Part shown: positions 25,026 to 38,503 of the stretch, piece after piece
Layout: each line of letters starts with the position of its first letter
Numbering within the stretch: the first letter of the stretch is position 1
From: Octopus sinensis
Taxonomy: Eukaryota
Direction: 5' to 3'
Assembly (NCBI RefSeq): GCF_006345805.1
Contig: NC_042997.1
Span: 204,662,001-204,726,000, forward strand
Length of the DNA stretch: 64,000 nt
Made by a program: the position numbers and the translations under genes
Notes under the pieces: model-generated
Database searches by the model: none
What the model saw: the letters and a program-made list of their open reading frames with translations, nothing else
Told to the model about the DNA's origin: nothing

Positions 25026-25031
25026 TTTAGT
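25026..25031 (-). CDS. Candidate 6-nt microexon (ACTAAA, TK) or alternative 81-nt exon 25031-24951
   Basis: Very strong acceptor TTTCTGTTTCGTTTTCACAG followed 6 nt later by AAA|GTAAGT; a second donor TTC|GTAAGA lies at 24950. Confidence 0.35.
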
Positions 25032-25240
25032 CTGTGAAAACGAAACAGAAAGAACAAATGTAATAGAGATTCTCAGATTGGGTGTAGTAACATACCAACT
25101 GATAGCTTCATCGCCCTTTTTTTGATCATTCCATCAGTTGACACGTTTAAATACCGATATAAAATCTAATTAAATTGATACAAAAAAACTGAATAAATCC
25201 TATTACAATACTTGTTAAAGTATTTATTGCATTCCAGTTC

Positions 25241-25515
25241 ATCATCATCATCATCATCATTTAACGTTCATTTTTCCATGCTGGCATGGGTTGGACAGTT
25301 TGACTGGGGTCTGGAAAGCCAGTGGCTGCACCCGGCTCCAATCTGATCTGGCAATATTTCTTCAGCTGGATGCCCTTCCTAACACCAACCACTCCGGGAG
25401 TGTAGTGGGCACATGTTGCATGCCACTGGCACAGGAGCTAGTCAGGTGGGCCTGGCATTGATCACATTTGGATAGTGCTTTTTACGTGCCACTGGCATGG
25501 GAGCCAGTCTGTCAG
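25241..25515 (-). mobile_element. RTE 3'-derived family C element
   Basis: (CAT)n followed by TTTAACGTTCATTTTTCCATGCTGGCATGGG. Confidence 0.8.
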
Positions 25516-25544
25516 TATTATTATTTAATGCATTTATAAGGTGG

Positions 25545-25752
25545 CAAGCTGGCAGAATCATTAATATGCCAGACAAAGTGCTTAACAGCATTTCATTCAT
25601 CATTACATTCTGAATTCAAATTCCGCTGGGGTTAACTTTGCTTTTCATCCTTTTGGGGTTGATAAATTAAGTACCAGTTGAGTTTTGGGGTCAATGTAAT
25701 TGACTTAACCCCTCCCCCCAAATTTCAGACCTTGTGCCTATAGTAGAACGAA
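25545..25752 (+). mobile_element. Family B SINE
   Basis: GGTGGCAAGCTGGCAGAATC head, CTTTTCATCCTTTTGGGGTTGATAAATTAAGTACCAG core. Confidence 0.8.
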
Positions 25753-25863
25753 TTATTTAATGCACTCATAAAACGCACATACTTATATATAAACATATGC
25801 ATAAACATATACATATAGAGAGATATATATGTGCACATTTGTGTGTATATATCTATGTATGTA

Positions 25864-26697
25864 CAAAGGGAAGTCAAAAATTATCTGCACTTTTGCAATA
25901 ACATATCTTTATTATTGTCACCCTGCCTTCTGTGTATGTGTGCTTATAGTTGTTGGTATTGTGGTCACATGAGTGAAGTTTGAGTTTAATCATGCCATTT
26001 TTCTTTATGGCTTTACAGAACAAAGAGCAGTGATCTGGTTTCTCTGGTTGGAAGGTGTGTCAGGTGCTGAAATCATCAGAGGCTTTTAGCACAATATGGG
26101 GACAGTGCATTGCTCTGTAGAAGTGTGTATGAGTGGATTGAGAAGTTTAAAAGTGATTGGACAAGTGTGATGCACGAAGAGGAATCTTCCACCAATGACA
26201 TACAAATTCAGCAAGCTCGAGAGATGGTAATGGTGAACCAGTTCACCATTACCTATTTCCTTATTACCCACAAGGGGCTAAACATAGAGGGGACAAACAA
26301 GGACAGACATAGGTATTAAGTCGATTATATCGACCCCAGTGTGTAACTGGTACTTATTTATTCGACCCCGAAAGGATGAAAGGTAAAGTCGACCTCGGCG
26401 GAATTTTGAACTCACGGCAGACGAAATACCGCTAAGCATTTCGCCTGGCACGCTAACGTCTCTGCCAGCTCGCTGCTTTACCAGTTCACCATTACCATCT
26501 CTTGGATCACTGCCCTTTAGTCTTCTTTGGTGCACATTGCTCGTGCATAGCCAGAAAGAAAAATGACACAATCAGACCCAAACTTCGATCACGTAACCAA
26601 AATAGTGCCAACTATAAGCATGCATGTGCAGAAGGTGGTGTGATAGTAATAAAGATATGTTATGGTGGAAGTGCGGATAATTTTTGATTTCCCCTTG
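25864..26697. mobile_element. Non-autonomous mariner derivative made of two inverted 5' ends, interrupted by a SINE
   Basis: TIRs CAAAGGGAAGTCAAAAATTATCTGCACTT / AAGTGCGGATAATTTTTGATTTCCCCTTG, TA flanks; HTH remnant QYGDSALLCRSVYEWIEKFKS. Confidence 0.8.
26254..26479 (-). mobile_element. Family B SINE with 17-bp TSD
   Basis: ACCAGTTCACCATTACC at 26237-26253 and 26480-26496. Confidence 0.9.
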
Positions 26698-26787
26698 TAT
26701 ATATCTGGTTATGTATGTAGAAAAAGAGAAAGATGAAGAAATACCATCAACAGTGTTTTGTTCATAATATAGAAATAGATTAGGGTG

Positions 26788-26998
26788 GTGAGCTGGCAGA
26801 GTCATTACTGCACTGGAGAAACTGCTTTGTAGCATTTGTTCCAACGATATGTACTGAGTTCAAATGCCACTGAAGTTGACTTTGCTTTTCATCCTTTCAG
26901 GGTCAATAAAATAAGTACCAGTTAAACACTGGGGTTGATGTAATCGACTTAACCCTCCCCTAAAATTGCTGGCTTTATGCCAAAATTTGAAACCAAAA
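26788..26998 (+). mobile_element. Family B SINE
   Basis: Head and core similarity to other family B copies. Confidence 0.75.
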
Positions 26999-27269
26999 TA
27001 GATTTATCTTCAGACTGAATTTTCATTCTGGATGTACATATATTTGTGATTCATATACCTTTAGCAACCTCGAAAAAGAAACTCCTCCAACGAAACAAAA
27101 CAAAAGCAAATTATAAACAATTAATAACTAAAATATATAGATTACCAAGTAAATAAATAACTGTTACTGGGTTGATTAATTACAGACATTGAAATGTGTT
27201 GATTTAGCGATTTACCAAAACCTACTCAAACTTGTTGAAAACTTGTTTATTTTATTTTATTAATCATAG

Positions 27270-27678
27270 GCATAGGAGTGGCTTTGCATAGGCGTAGGAG
27301 TGGCTGTGCGGTAAGTAGCTTGCTTACGAACCCCATGGTCCCGGGTTCAGTGTCTTCTACTATAGCCTCGGGCTGACCAATGCCTTGTGAGTGAATTTGG
27401 TAGACAGAAACTGAAAGAAGCCCATCGTATATGTATATATATATATATATAATTAGGGTTCAGCAAAAAAAAATTTACTTTACCACACACCGAACTTTTA
27501 GAAATAGCAGCCAAAGAATTTAGCTATTTCTAAAAGTTCGGTGTGTGGTAAAGTAAATTTTTTTTGCTGAACCCTAATTATATAAAGTAATGTTTAAATA
27601 TACCATAAATGGTCCTTTTACATACTGAACACTGCTTGGTAAAATTATTAATTACTAATTAATTAATTTTACCCTTAT

Positions 27679-27715
<37 letters not shown>

Positions 27716-27912
27716 CTGTCTTTGTCCCCCTAACATCGCTTGACAACCGATGCTGGTGTGTTTACGTCCCCGTAACTTAGCGGATTGGCAAAAGAGACTG
27801 ATAGAATAAGTACTAGGCTTACAAAGAATAAGTCCTGGGGTCGATTTGCTCGACTAAAAAATGCAGTGCTCCAGCATGGCCACAGTCAAATGACTGAAAC
27901 AAGTAAAAGAGT
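27270..27912 (+). mobile_element. Family A SINE carrying a 231-bp insertion in its internal TA tract
   Basis: Head and tail as in other family A copies; insert at 27450-27680. Confidence 0.85.
27450..27680. mobile_element. MITE-like insert with near-perfect 58-bp-arm hairpin
   Basis: 27451-27508 and 27523-27579 are inverted (one indel in the A run); ends TAATTAGGGT / ACCCTTATTA. Confidence 0.7.
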
Positions 27913-28149
27913 ATATTTGTGTATAACAAAATCATGAATAACACGTTTTCCAAGATGTCCAAGCATTAATATGAAGTCGGTAAGGCCATAAATTTATATA
28001 TTTTTAAAAATCTATGGCACACCTTGATACCCCTTGCAGCACACATTGCACAATAGTTTGAAAATTAATGTCTTATATTGACACTGTAACTACCTGATCA
28101 TCTGCAACTTTCAGTTGTTGATAGTATATTGTATCCTCATCTTTTCTCT

Positions 28150-28510
28150 TTTGTCTTGTACTTGTTTCAGTCATAGACTGTGGCCATGCTGGAGTTTTTA
28201 GTTGAGTGAATCGACTCTGCTATTATTTTCTAAAGCCTCGTACTTATTCTATCAGTTTCTTTTGTCGAACTGTTAAGTTATAGGAACAAACACTGACACA
28301 AAGCCACACATACACACACATATGCACATGCATATGTATATATATGACAAGCTTCTTTCAGTTTCCATCTACCAAATCCACTCAAAAGGCCTTGGTCAGC
28401 CTGAGGCTATAGTAGAAGGCACTTGCCCAAGGTGCCACACAGTGAGACTGAACCTGTAACCATGTGGTTGGAAAGCAAGCTTCTTACCACACAACCATGC
28501 TTGTGCCTAT
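28150..28510 (-). mobile_element. Family A SINE
   Basis: Head and tail similarity. Confidence 0.8.
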
Positions 28511-29147
28511 ATAAGTAATAAATTTAAGAAAAGATTGTTCTATTAGTTGATGGAATTGTTCAATTAGTAGAAACTTCTACTGGTAGTTAGTACAACTCTA
28601 CTAGAGCACAGTACTAGTTCTGTTTGTGGATAACATCTGCAGTAAGGCTTCTGTTGAGATTCAAACTATCTCATCCAGTTTAGAACTACAGCCCAACTAT
28701 ATTGCTATAAAAGACAAAGACCAGCTATGAGAAATTAACTGTATCACCATAAAAGTTATTAATGTCTCTATGATCAGGGGGTGCTCAGCAAATGAAACTT
28801 GATGGTTGTGGAACCAAATAAGCAATAGACGTGATAAGTTTTGTGAATTTTCCCACCAAATATTTCAGCTGAAAGTTCTGGAAAGTTGACTGAATTTTTT
28901 ATAGAAATTTTGGATATTGAATTTCCAACCAGAACAACCTCAGGTGCTACACAAAACTCAGTTGGTCAGTTTGTGATAAGCATCATTATAAGTGTTCTTA
29001 GTAGAGTTCTAGTAGGGGAAGTTTTTTAACCAATTATCACAATATATACTTATTTATGCTGACATTATACCCTTGATTTGAAAGGAAGAAAAATCATAGA
29101 TTCTTTAAATTCAAAAGGTTTACTGAATCTATTTATATGAATCTATA

Positions 29148-29548
29148 GACATAGGTGCAGGAGTGGCTGTGTGGTAAGTAGCTTGCTAACCAACCACATG
29201 GTTCCTGGTTCAGCAAGTGTCTTCTGCTATAGCCCCGGGCCGACCAATGTCTTGTGAGTGGATTTGGTAGACGGAAACTGAAAGAAGCCTGTTGTATATA
29301 TGTATATGTATATATATGTGTGTGTATGTGTATATGTTTGTGTGTCTGTGTTTGTCCCCCCAACATCGCTTGACAACCGATGCTGGTGTGTTTACGTCCC
29401 TGTCACTAAGCGGTTCGGCAAAAGAGACCGATAGAATAAGTACTGGGCTTACAAAGAATAAGTCCCGGGGTCGATTTGCTCGACTAAAGGTGGTGCTCCA
29501 GCATGGCCACAGTCAAATGACTGAAATAAGTAAACGAGTAAACGAGTA
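29148..29548 (+). mobile_element. Family A SINE
   Basis: Head and tail similarity. Confidence 0.9.
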
Positions 29549-30987
29549 TGTCCTTTACATTGGACAGATGCAGTGTTTCCAGAAGAAAAATTTCTTTTGT
29601 AACAAGGAATATGTTTTTTAATATAATTTTACTTATGTCTAATGAGTCCTCATTACCCCTGAGAATTTCATTTTTACCCCACTTGGGGTAATTTACCCCA
29701 GTTCTCTAACCCTTATATTAGAAGATAGATAGACAGATGTACTCTACAACATACATAGCACTATATTTAAGGTTTGACTACAGTCCTATCTGAACATTAA
29801 CAGCTTTGAATAAATATTTCACAGTACTTACAGAAGGCCATTGCTATTAATACCAAGGCATAGACACCATGTTACTATCTGGGGCTCCACAGTATAGATG
29901 AAATTAGTGATGCTGATGATGATGACGACAACAAGTACAATAACAACAATAATGTTCTGAAGCTTTGGCACTGGCCAGCAATTGCAAAGGAAGGAGTTAA
30001 TCATTTACATCATCCCCAGCGTTTAACTGGTATTTATTTTATCGATTCCGAAAGAATGGAAACCAAAATCAACATTATATAAATGTGATGGGCTTCTACA
30101 GAGTTTCCATCTATCAAGTTCACTCACATGACATTAGTCGACCTGCGGTTATATTATTCTTTTTTACTTTTTATTCTTTTATTTGTTTCAGTCATTTTAC
30201 TGCAGCCATGCTGGAGCACCACCTTTAGTTGAGCAAATCAACCCCAGGCTATAGTAGAAGGTGCCACGCAGTGGGACTGAACCTGGAACCATGTGGTTGG
30301 TAAGCAAGCTACTTACCATACAGCCACTCTTGCACCTATATTAGAAGACTTTTGTTTAAGGTGCCACACTGGAACTGAACTTGAAACCATGTGGCCGCAA
30401 ATCAAGCTTCTTAACCTCACAACCATGCCTGGTGTGCCATGATACACAGAATTATCAAAACTAGTAGGATGTTAGGTAGGAGACATCAACCATAGAAAAT
30501 AGGGACTTTGTGTTACTATATAAAGGTACAACAGCAAGATGTAGACTGTCTAATAATATAGGGGACATGTGTGAAGGTATAGGAATATATTTAATCAGCT
30601 GGATGGCTGCCAAACCATTTATCTTGTTAAGTGGGACGATGACGTCTCTAGACTGTGTGGCTTAGATGATTGATATATTTATTTAAAGGAATACCATTCA
30701 TCAGAAGCTCCCATAGACAGACACTTGGTCTGCCAGAAATAGCAGTCAAATCCAAACCTCTTTCAAATTACATCATACTGTCTTGAAATAAAAAAAAAAA
30801 AGGGAAGGGCACATATTGGGTAGCGAGATTAACAATACCTGAATGAGGGTTGTCTTTGACCATAGGCTTGCTCATCCAAGAAGCAACCTTAGATTGAACC
30901 TGCACAAGAACAACAATAACTACTACTACTGCTCCTGTTGCTGCTGCTGCTGCCTGTGCACGACTGCTGCTACTGCTACCACTGCAG

Positions 30988-31042
<55 letters not shown>

Positions 31043-31406
31043 CACCACCACCACCATCACCACCACCACCATCACCACCCACCATCACCAATGTCTGAAA
31101 ATATGATAGGATGGGCAAAACAGGGACACTTTGGTAGATCTGCTTCATCAGAGCTGACCTAGGGACTCAACAACAACAAAAAGGCAGCTTCTGTGTGATC
31201 ACTTGTATTAGAAATAGCAGCCAGACCTCCCTCAGATCACACTTGTTTTAAAAAGAGGAAGGAACACATTAGATAATAATGTGGTTTGAGCTTCACTATA
31301 CCCACAAAACATGAGATGGAATGGTCGCAGCCGGAGAGCTTTTGATCAATGGTTACTGATGGTGGAAGTGAGAATGGTAATGACGGCGTAGAGCAGTGGT
31401 TTACAG

Positions 31407-31473
31407 TAGTAGTTCCCAACCCTTTTATTTAAATGACCTTTCCCAAGACCTCCCTTTAATATATTCTTATCTT

Positions 31474-31557
<84 letters not shown>

Positions 31558-31636
31558 TTTGAATTTAGTTCACAGACCTCCAGTACTACTTTTGTGGACC
31601 ATCAGGGGTCTGTGGACTCTAGGTTGGGAACCACTG
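31407..31636. mobile_element. hAT-type MITE containing a (CT)n(AT)n microsatellite
   Basis: TIRs TAGTAGTTCCCAACC / GGTTGGGAACCACTG; degenerate 8-bp TSD GTTTACAG / GTGTAAAG. Confidence 0.7.
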
Positions 31637-32070
31637 GTGTAAAGAGTAGTTATGGTGGCTGTAGTTGTGGTGCTATGAGATGGTGGTGGTAATGCAAGAA
31701 GTGATGGTTGTACCACTGGTGATGATGATGGGGATTATGGTAAGAGAAAGTGAGAGAGAGTGGAGCTGGGTGGCTTGAGTAGTACTTTGGCATTTGAACT
31801 CAGAACATAAAGAGCCAAACCGATTGTTACAAGACATTTTTTTCAGATGTTCTGCTGCCAATCAGCCACCCTTTAAAAATTGCAGGTTTTCCGCTTCAAC
31901 TGGAGCCTGTGGACCTCAACCACAGTGAAGGTCGGTGTATGGACAGGGCAACCTTTGACTCGTTCAAGGGAGATAAGTCGTTCATCAGTGAATCTATTTG
32001 CTTCAATTCCTTTTTCAATATTGACCTCGACATATCAGCCATGAAGCTGGGAACAATTGCCAGATACATA

Positions 32071-33297
32071 CAGGGTCTTTCAGATAAATTGAGACCAATT
32101 TTAAGTAGTTGACTTCATGGGTTTAACATTTCATTTTTTGACAAAACCTTGGTTGCTTGAGAATCTAATCCTCTTCATTTTTCAGGTAAATTGCAAGCTG
32201 ATTTGACAATAGAAAGTCATGGAACAACAGAATCGTTCTGCTATTGTTGTTTTGGCGTGTGCCAGGCACACTGCTAATGAAATTGTTAATTTGATGAAAC
32301 TTCCAAAAGCAACAGTTCATCGTGTGTATAAACAATTTAAAGAAGAGGGCAAGATTGATAGAAAAGAACACAAGACTTGAAGTGATTACAAATCCAATCC
32401 AAAGTTTCTCACTAACCTCAAACGCTCGATTGAAGCCAATCTATCCATATCCATGGCAGCTCTTGCAAAGAAGCGGAATGTGTCCCTTTCCACGGTGTCC
32501 AGAGCTGTGAAAAAGAACCTTGGCATGACTAGCTGTGTTTGACGATGCTGTCACCTAACAGCCAAAGCAATCAGAGTTGAGAGATGCCCAAAGCTTCTGT
32601 CATTCAACAAGCATCAAGGTGCAAGGAAAAAGTCTCGTGTTTGTGGATGTGAAGAAGTTCACTGTGGATCCTGAGGTGAATCACAGAAATTTTCAAGTGA
32701 TTGCATACAACCCTTCTGACATCCCCATCGGTGTTTGGGACTAAGAATTCTGCTTCTGTGATGGTATTTGGAGCTGTGGTGAGTGATAGAAGTGTCATGG
32801 ATTCATACTTCATTGAGTCTGGCATGAAGATCAGCACAAAGGAGTATCTGGACATCCTGAAGAACTCTCTGTTACTTTGGATGGAACTGAAGTATGGGCT
32901 TGACATTGTGGTGCTTATCCAGGATCTGCATCATGCCATGGGTCAAAAGCAACATAGACCTTCTATGGTGAGAAGGTGCCATTTCATTTTGAGAGGGCCA
33001 ATGTCTGGCCCAGTAATAGCCCAGATCTCAACCTTCTTAATTACTTTTTATGGGGCATACTTCAAGTAAGGACCAATGCTTCACCACAGTCAACAGTTTG
33101 AAGACCTGCATTGTGCATGCAACACACAAAATCAAAAAGGTTGTGGCATCTGCAAAAAAAGGGCAGCCATATTGAGTGATAAATGTTTTTGCAATAAATG
33201 TTACATTAAAATTACATCTGTCTACTACCATTATTTTAGTATTTATAACCTCTTTTATGCATCGTAAAAGTTGTCTCATTTTATCTGCAAGACCCTG
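32071..33297 (+). mobile_element. Tc1/mariner maT (DD37D-like) transposon, near full length, decayed
   Basis: 25-bp TIRs CAGGGTCTTTCAGATAAATTGAGAC (2 mismatches), TA TSD; MEQQNRSAIVVL..LPKATVHRVYKQFKEEG, SASVMVFGAVVSD, LIQD, WPSNSPDLN. Confidence 0.9.
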
Positions 33298-34485
33298 TAA
33301 AAGAACAGAGGATAGCGTTAAGTACAAATCACCGACAGACAAATTCCTTTTTATGCAGGTCCCTAATGTGATCTCCAGTAGCCTCAGTTCAAGACTGTCT
33401 TTGTCCTCTGGCAAACTGAGATGAAACCCGATGAGATAGAATGTCTGGTGCAGTGGGTATTGCTGGTTGGTCTTCAAGGTGATACTTTTTGTGGATTTTT
33501 TACTTGCTATGTATTGGCTTTTGCAAGCCTTCTTTAGCTTTTGCAAGCCCTCAATGGCTTTTGCAAGCCCTCCTAGATCGGTGAGCTTGATGCCACCTTC
33601 ACCGTTTCATTTAAACTATTGCAAGTCTACACATACAGCAAAGATTTGAGCAGAGAGAAGATTTCAGAAGGTTGATGTTCTGGGGAGACAGGACTGAGCG
33701 TATATTTAGTGTAAGTACCAGTGAGGTGGGCATAACAAGGGGATGGGGGCAGACGAGTGATATGGGAATGCTTGAATGAAAGTGTTACAAAGACAGCTAG
33801 CTCTGAGGAACAGGGGCCATTTTAGAGGCAGTAGCAAAGGTATAGAGAAAGACAGCATGACAATGGGCCAGGCACTGAGTGGTGCTTGAGAATGATTGTG
33901 AAGAGTGGCTCTTCTCTGGATGTTTTCCAGGATGACTGCTTATTTAAAAAAATTAAGATACAATCATCTTAGTTTATATTTCAGACAGGGCAAATAAATC
34001 GTGTGATTGAATGGCATCATTTCACAGATGAGCGACTTATCTTCCTTGAATTAGCCAAGCGTTGTCCTGTCCTAACACCTATCGTCACCGCGAGGAGACC
34101 AACAAGTTCCTGAAGGAACAGAAAACCAGCAGTTCTTGTAGGATGGTTGATTGGCAGAATCGTTAGAGTGTCTGAAAAAAAGAAAAAAAAAAAGAAGCAT
34201 TTGCGACATTCAATCAGGTTTTTATGTTCTGAGTTCAAGGACTAGCCAAGGTCAACTGCCTTTCATCCTACCAATGTCAATTAAAAAAAATAAAATATTG
34301 CACAAGAGCTGAGATCGATATAATCAACTACTCCCTCCCTCCAAAATTTCAGACTCTGTGCCACGTTAGAAACAATGAAATAATCTAATATTTTGGGACT
34401 GAACCTCTCTCTCTTTCTCTCCCACCGTGTGTGCACGCGGGATTGTTTAATGGGGGAGAAAATGCTAGTGCCAGCGTAAACTACA

Positions 34486-34620
34486 GTCACGTTCTGAGTT
34501 CAAATTCTGCCAAGGTCGACTTTGCCTTTCATCCTTTCGGGGTCGATAAATTAAGTACTAGTTACGCACTGGGGTCGATGTAATTGACTTAATCCCTTGT
34601 GAGCAAGAAAGAAATAAGAA
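34486..34620 (+). mobile_element. Family B SINE, 5'-truncated (second diverged copy at ~34230-34372)
   Basis: CGTTCTGAGTTCAAATTCTGCCAAGGTCGACTTTGCCTTTCATCCTTTCGGGGTCG. Confidence 0.8.
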
Positions 34621-35380
34621 CAGATCGAATTCTTAAACTACAGCTTCTAAATAAGAGTAAAGTACTCCAGAAGTAGACGAGTTGGTTAAAAGAAAGACAA
34701 AATTCGGGCGGATATCGAAATGGAAAGAAGGAGAAACAGCCATAAGAGCAAGGAATGCATTAAAAAATGTTACACATACTTCCTATCTATCTATTGATCG
34801 ATCGATACATCTGTCTATCGCCCCTCTCCACAGCAGATAGCAAACTATCACAATTCTCCCCATCTATTTATTAGCCAAGGGAAACAACTCTAATATATAG
34901 AATTGTCTTCCTTTCTTGATATTCGGGGTTGGTTACTTCTTATATCATTGACGCATTCATGGAATCGTCCATGGCTTACCGATTCCCATCATATAAATTT
35001 CCAAAATAAAATTTTAATATATATTTATTAAAAAATTTCTTGATTTTAAAAAAATTATTCCTTTGTTCTTTTGTGTCATTACCGGTTTTTAATAAGTAAT
35101 ATTTAAAGAAATTTGATGAAAACGCATAACGAAATTGAAAAAGGAAGAATAAAAATTCAATTATATTTGATATAGTCGGGATATCGAACCACTGGTTAAC
35201 CACATAGACGCTCAGGAATAAATACGGACCCCTTACCGGACCCCTGTTTCAGACAGTCATAAACTTATAGATTCTAACTCATCTACATAATTGGGTACAG
35301 ACTAAGTTTCAGTTGTTACATCAGAGTTTTCCTTTTCCTAATAGAGAGATGTCTATACTTCTATACTAGAGGTCTCTCAC

Positions 35381-35422
35381 CTCAGTTGTTGGATGATTGA
35401 TGATACTACTGAGTTTATCCAT
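35381..35422 (-). CDS. Candidate first coding exon of putative second gene (MDKLSSIINHPTTE)
   Basis: AGGATGG start context, GAG|GTGAGA donor in phase 0, locally CpG-richer region ~34.6-35.6 kb. Confidence 0.3.
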
Positions 35423-35949
35423 CCTTTGGCAGGTTTTGTTTTCCGTCCTGCAGAGTGTCTAACGAAGGCCACCCACCTCAGACGCCAAAAGCCCGACGAT
35501 GCGAATACATTATCAGAGATACATACATACATACTTGCTCTATCCAGATTACAAGTTCAGGTTTATACCTGTAATTACTGAGAAAGCTATTTATACCCGT
35601 AATTAGGAGAAAGCTAATTCGGAGGCTACAGATCCAATCCATCACTGGAAGTGTAAAAATCTGTAAAACTTTCCAGAAGTTTATCATTTGAATATATATG
35701 AAAATGTCTAGATATGTAACTATATGCATGAGAATACATACATAAAACATACAAATCTGCACATACATATATACATGCATACATGCATGCATACATACAT
35801 ACAAAAAAAAATACCCTGTTGTTGATGTTGAAATTCCAATGATGGAACCTTGGATCTAGGTTAGAAACCGGTTCTTTGTTGGCAAGAAATCTTGAAATAA
35901 ACTGACTGATGACAGACGTACATACATACATACGTGTATGTATGCATGC

Positions 35950-35992
<43 letters not shown>

Positions 35993-36419
35993 CAAATATA
36001 ATAGCTACTTACATACGTGCTTGTATGTATGCATACACAGAATCTCCATCTTTATGCTTGCCATGTCAATATGTCTGAGTGTATATACAAGAAATAAAAG
36101 TAATCCAAACAAACAAGTAAAGGATTTAGAATTTTATTTTAAGCTGAGATTATTCCTTCATCATAACACATAGTTGATACTGATACATACATACTCACAC
36201 ACACACATATACATATATATTATATATATATATATATATATGCATACACACATGTATATATGTTCATGCATATGTGTGTGTGTGTTTATATATATATACA
36301 TAAATATATATGCATATATATCTATATATGTATATATATTTATAGACAGATAGGTAGATATACATGTATGTATATGTATGTGTGTGTGTATATATATATA
36401 CATATATATATACTGGAGT

Positions 36420-36613
36420 AAACACATAAATGTGAAACAAGGTGGAAAAAAGAGTACTCAAATACCAGTGGTAGAGTAATATGCTTTATTTAAAGCAGCA
36501 GAAAATTCAACAAAACCTGTTACTCTGAGTCTTCCGTTGCCGTTCATCGGACAATTTTTGCTAGAATGGGGAAACTCAGAGTAACAGGTTTTGTTGAATT
36601 TTCTGCTGCTTTA
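36420..36613. mobile_element. Penelope pLTR-like repeat with 40-bp perfect inverted repeat and a degenerate hammerhead; related fragment at ~45520-45655 (-)
   Basis: 36491-36530 is the reverse complement of 36574-36613; minus strand reads UUGU-CCGAUGA-A-CG-GCAA-CG-GAAG-ACUCAGAGU-A-ACAG. Confidence 0.55.
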
Positions 36614-36924
36614 CATATATATATATATATATATTCAACACAGAGCAAATAATTCATGAAAAAAATAATTTGTGAAGATACCATTGACTCTGTTTTTATC
36701 TAGTGTAACAATTTAAAAATAATAATAACACAATCAATAATATAGACGATTGTAGGCCCGCTCCCAAAAACATTAAATAGCTGAAGGATTAAAATTAATC
36801 AAAGGACATACTGAGTATGTCTACCTGCTGGAAATAACAGTCAAAACTCTTATTTAGAGTTTTGACTATTATTTCTAACAGGTAGTCATACTTAGTATGT
36901 CCTTTGATTCATTTTAATTCTTCA

Positions 36925-38163
<1,239 letters not shown>

Positions 38164-38166
<3 letters not shown>

Positions 38167-38415
38167 GAGGCGCATGGCTTAGTGGTTAGGGTGTCAGCAC
38201 CATGATCATAAGATTGTGGTTTCGATTCCTGGACTGGGCAACACGTTGTGTTCTTGAGCAAAACACTTCATTTCACGCCAGCTCCAGTCCACTCAGCTGG
38301 CAAAAATGAGTAACGCTGCAATAGACTGGCGTCCTGGCCAGCTGGGGAACACATATGCCATAGAAACCGGGAAACCGGACCCATTAGCCTAGCTAAGCTT
38401 TAAAAGGGCGCATTT
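38164..38415 (+). mobile_element. tRNA-derived SINE family D (well preserved)
   Basis: GGAGGCGCATGGCTTAGTGGTTAGGGTG..GGTTTCGATTCC (A/B boxes) followed by non-tRNA body. Confidence 0.85.
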
Positions 38416-38472
38416 ATTTATTTTACGTGTATATATATATAATATATATATATATATACGTGTGTGTATGTA

Positions 38473-38503
<31 letters not shown>

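Noticed and set aside
34017-34115. Exon candidate ELVGLLAVTIG.. after a strong acceptor
   Set aside because: It lies within a repeat that has a paralog at ~31.9 kb, and gene 1 already terminates at 38927.
38164-38240. tRNA gene (and similar heads in SINE families A, B and D)
   Set aside because: A/B boxes are present, but there is no closed acceptor stem or cloverleaf, and the sequence continues into SINE bodies.
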